64,000 bases of DNA from NCBI RefSeq assembly GCF_030144855.1, contig NC_082715.1, positions 146,568,001 through 146,632,000 of the forward strand. Reading direction: 5' to 3'. The first letter of the stretch is position 1. Every line of letters begins with the position of its first letter. Source of the stretch: Hypanus sabinus. Lineage: Eukaryota. Shown piece by piece: positions 37,756-50,801 of this stretch. The translations under genes and the position numbers were made by a program. The notes beneath the pieces are model-generated. The model was not told the origin of the DNA. It saw only the letters and a list, made by a program, of their open reading frames with translations, and did not search any database.

Positions 37756-39777
37756 GATTGGTATTTTTTATGCACCTAAGTCATCGGTATACAGAGTTCA
37801 TTTTGCGGCAGCATTATATTTATAGACTGCTTGTATTTTAAATCATTTGGGGAAGTTTAACATTGATGTTGAAACTTACACGCTTTGTTCCCGAAATGTT
37901 ATTTTTTCCCACTTGAAGTAAATAATTCAAATCTGGTTTGCGGAGTGCAGGCGGATTTTCCACCTTGCACTCACAGCTGAGAAAACCAGTTTCTTACGAC
38001 GTTCACAGCCGAGGCAGCAAAAAGAGAGAATAACCCCCTCTTCATCTGATATGGTTCAGAACTACGGCTCACCGCAGTTCACTTTCGTATCTTTAAGTTA
38101 CTTATCGTGTAAAGCTGAAACACTCGCTGTCCCGCGATTCCGTTTTAGGTGCACTGAAAAATGTAATGACAGCATCACTAACTTACTGCCCGTTAGGCCT
38201 GTATCGTTTAGGGCAGCAATGAAAGTCCTCAATCTGCCTGTAAAAACCATCGCACACAGATATAGGATTCCTTAACGTTGTTTCCGCAACAAACTTTGAC
38301 CAGTCGGGGCTGACAGCACGATTTTGTATGTCCGAAGGACCACTGGCCTCTACCCTTTGACCTGTTAGGCATGGTTGGCCCCACCAAGAGCCAAAGCACA
38401 AGACCCTGAATCTAGGGAATTTAGCTCTGCGGGTCATTTAATACTCTCCAAATACTACGATAAGTTTGTTGGAGGTTTAGTTCCACACGGTGACCCAAAT
38501 GCATCACGATTTTAAACTACAAAAGTAGTTCAGTATTAAAATTGGTAGAAAAGACTGTCCGCTATGTTTGGGCACATTGGCGTTCCAAAGTAAGAGAGAA
38601 ATAACGCAAACAGTTGAAAACATAAAATACTAAAAGGCGTCTGCTGATAAAGATTCAGAATTTCCATTGTAATATCTACGTGTTTCTCTTCGAAGCCCGT
38701 TTTGGTCTTAAATGGCTCAAGTGTTTCAGAATTCATTCAAGTTCAAATTGAATTCTATACAGCAAGACATTCGAGGAATATTTTACAATGCCTTGGCAGT
38801 ATAATACAAATATTTAACTGTTCAAACTGGAATTAAAAAGCTTTTAAATATAAAATTGGACAATGATTAACCTATCAGTTATTCTTCTCAGTTACATCTG
38901 AAAACTCTCCCCAGAATTGATGGACTAGTTAATCCGCTGTGGTCTGCATTCTGTTTTTTTTTCTGGGCACTTGAAGAATTCCCTTACCTGGCGTGTATAT
39001 CATCACCCATGTGTCAGGTGGAAAATATTGTACTAGTTCTGCTGTTTTTACGAAAATGTAAGGAGACACATAAATAACTTGCGTAGGGTGTCGAACTCTC
39101 TACAAACAGGATTCAAATTTTGTTAGTCTTTTTCATTGACGCCTTCCATCGCGACACCAAGGATCACATCAGGGAAAAGATCATCAAATCATATGAATTG
39201 TTACGTAAGTTTCAAACCTGTGCTCATCATTAATAAAGGCTTTCTAAATCATCGGTTCAAGTGTTTAGCGCGGCAGACAATAACTAGGTACTCTCGAGGT
39301 TTTAGAAGTACTATAGGTTATTGCAGTGGAACCAATCTTTTTGGTCATCCGCGTTTCTTCATCTCTGCACGTTTATAATTTTAAGGAACTCTCCAGGGTC
39401 CAGTGATCAATGGCTAGCAGATTATTCTATGTTCCTGACGGGCATCAACACAAAGTGGTGTCACCAGCAAAGGTGAATCCATGGATAAAATCATAGATGC
39501 AATCTAAATTCGGGAATAATACTCATTTAAGAACGACCAGAATATTCTTAACCTGGTTTAGTTCAACATAAATTTTAAAAAGAAATATCGAGGCATTTGG
39601 CGCTTCGGGCGCGCAAGTTCAAATAAATTGCTAAAGGACCGTTAATCGTGGTTGGATATCTGATAAATAACGCCTTTAAAAGCATTTGTTTCGATGCAAC
39701 TATTAGGTGACAAAAAAAAACTTATTTTTCACTTAAGTACCAGAAATCCACGCGCATTGATTTGATATTTTACTTAC

Positions 39778-40122
39778 TGCCAATTGCCAGCCTCGTTCCT
39801 TTCCCGAAGATTAAAGCATCTTTCCAGACAGCACAGTAATAGTCTGCCGCATCCTCCGACTGGACGCTCGATATTGTCAATGTTGCCGTGTTTCCGGATA
39901 CTGAGCCGCCGAAACGGTTCGGAACTCCGGAACCTCTGTTAATGCTGCTCCCCGAATAATACCAGAACAGATACCGAGGAACTTTTCCGGGAATCTGCTG
40001 GATCCAGGCAACATTGCTACTTCCTAAAGAAGTTCCAGACAAGGTGCAGGGTATTTGGACGGTCTGCCCCGGAGATGTGGATTTCGAAGGTGGTTGATTC
40101 ATTGTAACTTCCGCGTTGATAT
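39778..40122 (-). CDS. IGLV: Ig lambda-type germline-joined VJ exon, unit 3 (V2)
   Basis: EVTMNQPP...WIQQ...DYYCAVWKDALIFGKGTRLAIG with canonical splice sites; 2.57-kb intron to the intact C. Confidence 0.97.
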
Positions 40123-40246
40123 CTGGAAACATTCAGAGGGAAGGAAAAATGTGCCGAGATTAATATTCGAGTAATACCAGAATTGCGAGAAGAATATCAT
40201 TAAATGGTATTCGAGATTCAATATAATATCCATAGAAAATACTCAC

Positions 40247-40295
40247 AAATTGCAGTGAACACCAGCGTAGTGACCACACGAACCCAGCAAGACAT
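40247..40295 (-). CDS. IGLV: Leader exon of unit 3 (MSCWVRVVTTLVFTAI + 1 nt)
   Basis: ATG at 40295-93, donor GTGAGT, 124-nt intron. Confidence 0.94.
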
Positions 40296-40354
40296 TGTAA
40301 TTAATTGAGTGAAGCTCACACAAGGTGCGGCGGTTAAGTGGCGTCTCAACTTTT

Positions 40355-40458
40355 CAGCTCGCTTATAAATCCTGTGACGAGCTGGCACTGCGCGTACCCT
40401 ATTTATGCAAATCAGTTCAAACAGTGTGGCTCATTGACACCAATCACAAGTTGCCAAC
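40355..40458 (-). promoter_or_regulatory. IgL V promoter, unit 3: TATA-like (40363-70), octamer (40405-12), CCAAT pair
   Basis: Near-identical to the unit 1 promoter. Confidence 0.88.
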
Positions 40459-40957
40459 TTTTTCGAGTGTCAGATTATTTTTAGATTGTTGGTCAGATAA
40501 GCATTTGGTTTCGGATTGTGTATTTCACCAATGCATTGTAGTTAATGAACGTCCTCTTGTTTCTTCATTTGCACAGCATATTACAAATTTGCGAAGATTC
40601 TCAGCTCCCACCATTATCAAAGGTGGTGTATCCAAGATCTCTGAAAGCAAGAGATGAAAAAAGAATTTACTTGTAGTTAATGACGGATACATTCCGAACA
40701 ACTTGTCTGTGTAATTTTGGAAAACTATTTGCCAAATAGATGTAACAGGTTTGCAATAATGTTTGCCAGCAACACTCTGATCACTCATTTTATTGAAGTT
40801 ATTCAGAAGGAATTTTGAGAAATGTATTGAATCGACCAGACAGCTTATTGCGTGTTGTGAATAATTAAAAGTGTATCAAATGGTTCAGCTGGTGCCGAGG
40901 CTGGTTCACTGTAAATTCTGCCATCCTTAGGTCAATATGGAGAATTATATTTACATG

Positions 40958-41320
40958 TAACCACAGGAGGTTTAAGGCGCTCCTTCCCACCGCTAGCATG
41001 CAGGTCACCCTTAGGAAATGCATCGCACCTGGTTAGTCGCGCGATCAGTGTCACGTGAAGCCATGGGAGTTCGTGGTGGGTGGTCGTATGAGCACCTGGT
41101 GCATATCTCAAGTTCTGCTTATGCGACCACTGACGCCAGGCAGACAATTTCTGAAGGGTATTGATAATGGCTGTGTTCACCCGAGTTGTAAAGACATTGC
41201 CCTGTAGAAGGCAATGGCGAACCACTTCTGTGGAATAAAAAATGCGAAAAATAGTCATATCATGGATAATGCCATGATCGCCCACGACATATTATTGCAT
41301 TATTGCAAATAATGCTGTTG
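40958..41320 (+). mobile_element. RTE-tail SINE-like repeat (unit 3 copy)
   Basis: Paralog of 1461-1808. Confidence 0.6.
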
Positions 41321-41667
41321 ATCTGCTTAGATGAATTAAGTAAGCATTCTGTAAGCAAAACTTTAATTTTGTTCGTCTCACCTTTCAAGCAGAAGTACTG
41401 AACAGCGAAATAATTCACGGATCTTAATAATAGTCAAACTATCACATACACCCATCTTACAAAATACATTTTGGCACGTGAGGAGCTATTAGCAGAATAA
41501 GGAATTTTAGATCAAATATTTAAGCCATGAGTTTTGTTGTGCTATTCTAGAGCTTTCCTTTATTTCTCAAAAATTATCAGAACCAACTTTATAGATTAGT
41601 GTCATTTCCGGGGGCATAAAAAGACAGGACGCTTGACTTAATGAAATTGAAAGGGCCAGTTAGAATA

Positions 41668-43404
41668 CGGTGGTGCTGGAACGTTTGTGAACACTGCTGA
41701 ATTTTCTCTATTTCTGCATTAACATGACCTAAAATGTGATCAGATCTTCACGTAAGTCCTAAAGCTATATACAGAGAACACAATTAAATAAATAACACAG
41801 AACATTATACTTTTTCATTTATTTATTGAAAAATGATCCAATATATCATGTATTTGTTGGGAAACGTATGTGAACCTTTGCTTTCAGTAACTCGTGTAAC
41901 CCTGTTGTACAACAATAACTTCAACCAAACGTTTCCCGTGACTGTTGATCAGTCCTGCTCATTAGCTTGGAGGAATTTTAGGCCATACCTCCTTACAAAA
42001 CTGCTTCAATTCTGGGATGCTGGTGGGCTTCCTAGCACGAACTGCTTGCTTCAGGCCCTTCTGCAACAATTCTATACGATTAATGTCAGGACTTTGACTC
42101 GGCCATTCCAAAACCTATTTATTCTGCTTTAACCTTTCTTTGGTACACTGACTTGTCTGCTTAGGGCTGTTGTCTTGCTGCGTGATCCACTTTCTTTTGA
42201 GCTTCAGTTCAAAGACTGATAACTGGACATTGTCTTGTAGAAGTTGCTGGTACATTACAAAATTCATCGTTTTAACAATGATGGAAAGCTGTCCTGGTCC
42301 CGAGGCAGCAAAGGAGGCTCAAACCATAACACTGTCACCACCATGTTTCACAGATGGGACGAGGTTCATGTGCTGCAATGCAGTGTTTACATTCTGTCAA
42401 ACATAACGCTTCACAGTTAAAGCAAAACGTTCTATTTTGGACTCATCCATTTACAGGCCATTCTTCCAATAACCGTCTGGCTTATCCACGTCACCTTTAG
42501 CAAATTTTAGACAGGCAGCAATGTTCTTCTTGTAGAGTAGTGGCTTCCTCCTTCCAATCCTGCCTTGCACGCCACTGCTGTTCAGTGTTAGGTTCAAGAA
42601 TATTGACATTAGCCAATGCAAGAGAGGCCTGTAGCTCGGTAGATGCTACCCTGGGGTTCTCTTTGACCTCCTGGAATATTACACACTTGGAGTGATTTTT
42701 GTTGGTCGACCACTCCTGGGGAGAGAAACAACAGTGGTGAATTTCCTCCACTTGTATATCATCTGCCTGACTGTGGATTGCTGCAGCCGAAGCATTTCAG
42801 AAAAGCGTTGGTTTTCTTTTCCACCCTGTTCTGCATCACCAACTTTTTTCTAAGGTTCGCAGAAAATTCCTTTGATCGAGGCATGACACACATTCAAAAA
42901 ATCTTTGTGGTAAAAATCAAACGTTGATCGTGAAAACCCAGGTTTAAGTCCTTTAAATTGGGCAGGGCCTCCTACACTCACAATCTGATTGCCATCCCAT
43001 TTATTGATAAACCTGACTCTAATTTGCTCTTTAAATGAGCTGATAATTCTAGATATTCACACAGTTTTCCAAAAAATACCTATAATATACCAACAAATAC
43101 AAGTCCTGCCGAAGTGTCTCGGCCCGAAACCTCGACTATACCTTTTTCCATAGATGCTGACTAGCTTGCAGAGATCCTCTAGCATTTTGTGTGCTTTGCT
43201 TGGATTTCCAGCATCTGCAGAATTTCTCCTGCATGTAATATTGGGTCATTTTTCACAAAAATAAATGAACAAGTATAATGTTTTTGTGTTACTTATTTAA
43301 TTGGGTTCTCTTTATCTAGTTTTAAGATTTACATGAGGATATGATCTTATTTATGCACAAATAGAGTAAGTTGTCAAGGGTTCACAAACTTTCTGCAACT
43401 ACTG
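41668..43404 (-). mobile_element. Tc1/mariner transposon (second family), with a nested Penelope-type repeat at about 43101-43232
   Basis: TA TSD at 41666-67 and 43405-06; TIR motif TTTGTGAAC / GTTCACAAA; transposase fragments (EVKENPRVAS); empty site in unit 1 near 2150. Confidence 0.9.
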
Positions 43405-44129
43405 TAGATGTAGCCTAACCTGCTGAGTTGCTCCAGCGTTTTTTTTCTGTATGTTATTCTATTTAGGAAAGGGAAGCGGCCCGGGAATATGGGGACATCA
43501 CTCATAACTGTTGTGCGAGAGAATTAGAATCTGATAACCGGAAGCTCCCCAAATATCTTAAAACACAGAATTTAAAGGGTGAGTTTCAAATGCAAGACAG
43601 TTAATGGACTCATTACGTCAATTGAAAAGAGTCACAACTTTTTGCGAATAATCCATCGTCCCACGTGTTTGTTAATTCCGAACATAAGACCACTGAGATT
43701 TATTTCCTGCAACTTAAATCCATCTATATCTACGTTAACAAAACACCGAACGGAAGCTAAGTTTGAGAACAACAGCTACATTTTAACCACGAACTCTGAT
43801 GGAAATAAGTACATCGTTGTTACAGAATGGTTTTAAGCGAACAATTGCAATTTCCTATCATGTATTCGGATGATGAAGACAAATGATTGTTCCATGGAGC
43901 CTTTTTCCACCTCACCATAGATTGCTTTGGTACCAGTGTCATAAACCCTACAAACATTGAAAACCTTCATGATGCGATTTCTATTCGTTGTTACAGTAAC
44001 ATTAATCAATATAGCCTGCAAGAATATTAAATGATTTGCATTAAACTAATATACATTTGCAGCAATCATCATGCAGTAATCTTGAAAAGGTAAATTTCGG
44101 GCTATTCGGGCTATTATTTGGAGGCATTT

Positions 44130-44760
44130 TAGCAGAGGCGTCTGTAAACCCCAGGCTGGGAACCCCTGGAATAGTACATTTCATGCACCTTAGCCAACAG
44201 AATCCGAAGTTCGTTTTGCGGCAACGTTAAATTTACATGTTAAATTACTTTTGGAATGTTTAATAATAATGTTGAGGCTTTTACGCTTTGTATCCGATAT
44301 ACTATTTTTCCATTTGAAGCAAATAATTCAAATCTGATATCTGGAGTGCAGCGGATCTTTCGCTTTAAACTCAACGCTAAGAACAAAGTTTCTTACAGTG
44401 TTGACGACCTAGGTGGCAAACAGAAAGAATAAAACTGCATTCACTTGATGTGGTTCAGAACTACGGCTAAAATATACTTTCATATTTTAAGTTATTCATT
44501 GTGTAAAGTTGAAACGCTGGGTGTTTCATGGTTCCATTTTCGCTGCAATGAAAATGGAATGATGGTTCCAAGTCAAATTGCTTTCTGCCTGTTTTGCCGC
44601 TAACGTTTAAGGCAGCAATGAAGGTCTCCAATCTCTGTCTGTAAAAACCGTTGCAAACAAGTATAGAAGGATTCCTCATTGCTGTTTTCCTAACAAATTT
44701 TCACCAGTCAGTGTTGTTAGCCTCGAGTTGAATCTCCGATCTTGGATGACCGATGGAGAG
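44130..44760. repeat. Orphan paralog of the lambda J-C intron (no V or C attached)
   Basis: Aligns to about 18490-19040 and 37740-38330. Confidence 0.75.
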
Positions 44761-45039
44761 TGAGACATTCAAACCATAAGCAATGAGGTAGATTATATTA
44801 TCTTGCGTAGGTAGGTCAGATTATTGCATTAGATGGGAATAAGATTTGCTAATTGTCAAATCAATTTCTTATTAGATTAAATTAATGTAAAATTGTGGAA
44901 ACTAAATACGATTATGTATTTAAATATGGCTTAATAGTCCTATAGCAGGGTAGAACTCGGAATTCAGATACAACTCTGAGTCATGTGATCTGCCGAAATT
45001 CTCTGATGCCACAGCAATAGTTGGGTGTATAAAGGGAGG

Positions 45040-45820
45040 ATGGGAGGATGTATACAGGGTCCTGGTGGAGGACTTTGTCAAATGGTGCACGCTGAATCAT
45101 CTATAGCTCAACATTCGTAAGACAAAAGACTTTAGGAAAACTAGGCCTGCATCGTTCCCTGTTAATATTGCTGCTGAGGACTTGGATGTGATGAGGACCT
45201 ACAAGCAGCTGGGGTGTGCACCGAGACGACAGACTTGAGTGGAGAACCATATCAGAGGCTGTGTTCACGAAGGGCCAGAGTCTCCTCTACTTTCTGAGGA
45301 GATTGATGTCCTTTGGAGTGTGCAGGCCGCTCCTTCACATGTTCTACCAGTCTGATGTCGCTGTTACAATCTTCTATGCAGTGGTGTGCAGGGGTTACGG
45401 CATCAACACAGATGATGCCAACAGGCTCAATAAATTGATTAACAAGGTTGGCTCTGTTTTTTGAATCAAACTGGACACACTGGAGTTTGTGGACACAAAA
45501 GACCCAACAGAAAATCCTGGCCATCCTGAACTATGTTTCCCACCCTCTGCATGCCATCTTGGCTTAACAATCTTGGCACTTTTAGTAATAGATTAAGACA
45601 ACTGCTCTGCTCCAAAGAGCGCTATATGACGTCATTCTTACCCTCGGCCATTAGGTTTTGTAATGAGCCGGCGAAGTGATGACCCCTTCTGTTAGTGGTA
45701 ATTTATGTTATATTCTTTCCACTTCTCTTCTAATATTTATTTTAGTGCACTTGCAATGCTACTGTGAACTGCAATTTGCTTTGGGATCAATAAGGCATCT
45801 ATCTATCTATCTATCCAGAA
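45040..45820 (+). mobile_element. Rex1/Babar-type LINE 3' fragment
   Basis: KGQSLLYFLRRLMSFGVCRPLLHMFYQS motif; (TCTA)n tail; absent from the paralogous segment at about 58260-58340. Confidence 0.8.
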
Positions 45821-47559
45821 TTTCCATTGCAGGTGAGGTTCAGGAGTCATGTGTACCCAGAAATTGCAGTTCTGCTTCCAATGTGTTCAGCTGGAGCTCA
45901 ATTGCGCACATTCGAATTACCCAGAGCAGAGTTACCAGGAGAGCCGGGCCGAGAAGTGATCAGTCCCAGATGTTACGTAGTAGTGCAAATTAAATTATAG
46001 CTCAAAGGACAGAAGTGTATGACCTTGAATAGGTCATATAGGGTGATGTGATGCAGGATCTCAAGCTATTAACCAGTCCAGTACGGCCAAAGTGTTCCCC
46101 TGTTCCTTTAACGGCTGAAGAACTGATTGCAGATCTGTCAACACTGTGGCAAAAAGGTATTTAAATATTCCTTTATTTATTTATTTGTTGCATTTTAGTA
46201 TGGGGACACCTGGAGTAAATCCCCCATGATTTACCTGCCCACACTGCCCTTTCCAAATATCCCACCTGTGCCTTCTGCGGGTCAACATTAAGCTAAGGGA
46301 TCCAAATAAGTATTATCTTCATGCAAATTTTCCTCAGTATCAATTGGGATCACCTTAGTATGAATTGAATAGACACTGTGGATAAAAAAAATGGACCCAG
46401 GAGTGCTTGTTGTACTGATGCTTGATCAAAGCTTAATGAATAAAGCTGGGTAAGTGGATGAAGTGTCAGTGGGCAAGCACTTTAGGGGTTGATCATAATT
46501 TGGTAATCATCAAAGGAAACCAAGGTGGAGATAAGGACAAGTGATAAGTGATAGGAGTAGAAAAAGTCGGATTTCAGTATTATTTTACAGGTCATAGACT
46601 CTGAGCAGCTCCTTGAAAGTAAATTTACATCTGGATACTGTTAATCTTCTTTAAATGAAAGTGTGAGAGGTCAAAAATAACACGTTCCCAGAGGAGTGCA
46701 GGATGAGGTGCGGGGAACCTTGAATGTGTTTGTTAAGCAAAGAAGGATCATATGTAGTAATAGAGCACTGAAAACAAGTGAGGTCATTTAGGAGTATGGA
46801 GAATGTAGGGGTGCATAGCACAGAAGCTGGGAGGGCAAAGAGTAGTAAAATCGGTTGGCACTTCGAAAATGTTCTTGTTATTGGTATTTGTCAAAAAGGC
46901 CAATTTGAGCTGTTCCGGGTCCCTAACTTGGAAGTGCCGTCTACTCTCCTCGATTCAGGTGGAGCAGTAAAGAAATTTCATCCCGAAATGCTTTGACATG
47001 TGATGACGTAACTCCGGTTGTATCAGTCATTAACTATAAGACTAGGAAGAAGAACAGGGCATTCTGTCCTTCCAACGTGTTCAGACGCTGATCAAGTCTT
47101 GGATTATATTCGAACTCAGTGTCATGTGTCTGCCTTCTACCTTAATATTCCGAAATCCGTTGGTTTTATTTAATTTAATGACTGATCAGATCGGTGTTCT
47201 GGCAATCCTATTACACGTAACATAGGAGAACAGAACGAACGAAAACATAAAAGACGAACGAAAGAGATCATCTATACAGTCTTTCATATAATTTAAGCCT
47301 TCATAGCCAACTGATGTAACACATTCGTGTAAAATTGCTCATTCCCAAAAATCAACAGGCTGGCTTTCACCCAAGAGCTGATCCGCCATTATGGAAATCG
47401 GCGTATGCCTGAACAGCGACATCAACCGGAGCAAAAGGGCAGGGCAACTCTATTTCGAGCGGTCACATACCACCATCAGCATGTGCAGGATTGGGACGGA
47501 TCGAACTGCCACACATCGGTAAAACATCATTAAATCTTATTGTAATGACGTACTTCTCT

Positions 47560-48140
47560 TTCAATATTTTTATTAGTTTCTGCATAAAGGAATACAGAGT
47601 ACAAGAGTACCAAAATGTATCAAAAAGTACCAATTACATTGTATTAAAGATACAGTTACAAACATAAAACCCTGTATTCATAAATATTAATTTAAATCGT
47701 AATATTTAAATATAAAATATTTGCTATAGAGAAAAAATTTAAACCCAAAGTCAGAGCTGTTAGGAAAAGCATGAAAAAAGAGAGGGGGAAACGCTTATCA
47801 TATAATGATATATGTTATTAGCCACCATTTGTACTTTTACAACAAATTAAAGGTTTTGAAAATAACTTAATAAAATGGTCCCTACGATGTATAAGATTCT
47901 TGACTAGATTCAAAACTAAACATCGGATCTTCTCTAAATTTAGGCGTGACATAACATCCCGTAACCCGTAATGACGTACTCCGAGACACCCATAAAACCC
48001 TTTGCTGCAGTCAGCGCTGACTATGTCACGTCCATTTAGGAGAACGCCAACCATATCATCAAGAATAGTTAACTTCCTTTGGTATTTCTGCTTCGTATCT
48101 TCTATCCAGCATTAGGGTAAAAAAATATGATCAGCCTAAT
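47560..48140 (-). mobile_element. L1/Tx1 3' end fragment
   Basis: MSRLNLEKIRC motif matching the ORF2 C-terminus (LCLNLEKIRS) of the full-length element. Confidence 0.7.
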
Positions 48141-48550
48141 TATGCCACGTGGAAAGAGAAGAGGGACGCCAAACGTCGTCGGGAAGCGATAGGGAGAGAA
48201 AGAGAACAAGAATCAGATGAGGCCAGGGCCGCACTACTCCAGGATCAAAGAATCAGGACAAAAAAGATGAGAGAAGAGACAGAGGAGGAGAGGCTTGCAT
48301 GTCTCCAGAATGACAACGAGAGACACAAGGGTGGAGATCAACCAGAAATGTTGCCATCAGCAGTGTCCTTCGTTAAACGAGGAGCGTTTAGCCTTGCTAC
48401 GCGTCTACTTTAATAAACTGTTTTTATTCTTCAATTTCCAAAGCAAAGCAATACCAGTAGCATTAAGGAAAATTTAATGCTAATTCTGGTCACATCAGAC
48501 TGTACTATCTTTCTCTGAAAGGGTGTCCCAACGGGTCATTCCGTTGTTAT
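48141..48550 (+). mobile_element. Possible non-autonomous Helitron segment
   Basis: Charged repeat AKRRREA..EETEEERLACLQNDNERH; subterminal hairpin CAACGG-GTCATT-CCGTTG (about 48529-48546); canonical CTAG end not seen. Confidence 0.4.
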
Positions 48551-48878
48551 ATATATACATATACACACATTATATATACACACACATTTGGTATTAGGAG
48601 TTACTATCGTTATTTGCCGCCATGCTTTGGATCTTACATGCAGCTGTTTCCAATTTCGATTCTTCCTGGTCCAGAATCTATTTGTTGTCCAAATTTCCTA
48701 TTTCCACACTTCCTCTAAGATCGTTGTTGACGCAATTTAATCAAACTCAGTGACGTGAGCTTGTGAAGGCCAAAACCTGACACCATCTGATTTATCCCGT
48801 AGCGCTTTAATTTTCTTATTATTCCATGTGTCCAACACAGTGCCGTTTTGACACTTCATACCTTATCACCGTATTATC

Positions 48879-49478
48879 TGTCATAAGGAGGGCGTGCAGA
48901 CAGACGCAGACACTGAAGTACTAGGAACAGGACGGGACAAAGCTAAAGGACGGGACAAGTTGTGGAGACCGTGGCTTTCTATGATGTCTTGGAGTTCTAG
49001 AGGGCCTTGAGGCTTGGTTTGCCCGACGGAGGCAAGGGATAGGAAGAGACAGAACCGGCTAGGGACTAGGTACAAGGAGCTAGCCTCCTGGGCGAGCCGC
49101 GGAACTCCAAGTCAGGTCGCAGGGGGCCTGGGCAGGTCGCGGGACTCCTGGGCTGGACGCGGGGAACAACCCGACGGAGACGAGGAACAAGAAGGGACAG
49201 AACCGGCTAGAGACTAGGTCCAAGGAGCAAGCCTCCTGGGCGGGCCGCGGAACAGCTAAATCCAGAACTCAAAGAACTCGCCTTTCAACGGTGGCTACCC
49301 CAAGCGGACACTGACAGAACACTCCCCCAACTACACTCAATTCCCGAGCCCCTTATATTCACAGCCAACTGATGAGCCTCAGGTGCAAGTGCTTGAAACC
49401 AAGCCAAGTCGGAGGACCCGGAATCAGGAGGACCGCACCGTTTTTACCGGAATGCAGGCTTCGGACCGGACCATGACA
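48879..49478 (-). mobile_element. Solo LTR (600 bp)
   Basis: TGTCAT...ATGACA termini; 5-bp TSD TTATC/GTATC; GC-rich; internal 58-bp direct repeat. Confidence 0.75.
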
Positions 49479-49654
49479 GTATCTTCCTTTAACTTCATCC
49501 ATTGCCTCTTGGAAATTACGGACACTCCAATTCTCCAGAAACCTAATTTTACTTCCTGTTCTTGCAAGCCACCACAAGTCTTAAGCTCCATCTCAACCTA
49601 GTCACCGTGAATTTACTCGTTCGTTCTAAACCAATTCCCACTTTTTTACAGAGC

Positions 49655-49975
49655 AAACACAAGGAAATCTGCAGATGCTGGAAATTCAAACAGCAACACA
49701 CAAAAAATGCTGGTAGAACACAGCAGGCTAGGCAGCATCCACATCATTCCCCTTCCACCACATTCCCCTTCCCCTTCCACCTACCCCTTCCCCTTCCACC
49801 ACATTTCCCTTGCACCACATTCCCCTTCCACCTTCCCCTTCCTCTTCCATCATCTGCTTTATTTTGGTGAATTTCTCCCCAGGCCCGAAGAAGGGTCACA
49901 GCCCGAAACGTACACTATTTCATTTCCATATATATGCTAGGTTCCTCCAACACTTGAGTGTGTTGCTCAAGTTTT
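49655..49975. repeat. Two oppositely oriented Penelope-associated repeat pieces flanking a C/T-rich tract
   Basis: Minus copy 49655-49740, CCCCTTCC-rich tract 49741-49850, plus copy with a mutated hammerhead core CCGAAGA...GAAA at about 49880-49975. Confidence 0.6.
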
Positions 49976-50801
49976 CTCGCTGCACTGCCGTTCAGATGCA
50001 TTGAAGGTTTTTGTCTGATTACATTTTGACATCCAATAATAGCAATAGCAGCTCGCCAATGTATTCTATTTCTACTATCACATTTCTTTCAAAGGTCTGT
50101 AGGAAGTGTTTGATCTCTGCTATTCATTTACCGAAGTGTTGCACTTTATATTATGCCCTGAAGACATTTGAATTAGCTCTGCATTGTTCCACGCTGATTC
50201 TAACCGAGGAATGGATGAGCCAAAACTCTCTCCGATAACAATAAGGAACTGTGGTCTGCTGACTAGGCGGAGTAATAGTTAGTCAAGGACCCTCTTCTGG
50301 CTGGTAATTTTCTGTAACTGCATTTAGGACGCTTGTAAACACCAGCAGTTATAGTTCCAACTTCACCTTGGGTGGAAATGAGCAGCATTTCACGAGAATT
50401 GAAAACAAAGAATTTGGCAAGAGTTTAATATTCTTCTGGGGCAGAAATGTTAACTTGCTCTTTTGCTTTAAATTAAATTAAAATTGAGACTTTTAAAAAA
50501 AAACTTCCAATGTAATATAACTACCACCTGTTACACTTTTGAACACGTTCATGTTGAGGACACAAGAAGGAATAAAAATATGAGCAGGCTGAACAGATCT
50601 CCGGTCTCCACTATCTGGATACTGCAAAGTTCAGCTCTCCACACAAAGCAAGCGAAACCTGTCTCTGCAGCTCACCTGTCGTAGAATATTCAGTCACATA
50701 AACATAGTCTTATTGTGGAAGTAAAACCAGCTTCATACAATCTGAGGCGTGTACAGCCACAATGAGGCGAGGAAATTAGAACTGTATGTGATACTGTAAG
50801 G

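Noticed and set aside
47350-47560. piggyBac transposase C-terminal fragment
   Set aside because: Only a vague F..ELI..Y resemblance; no TTAA-flanked TIRs seen.
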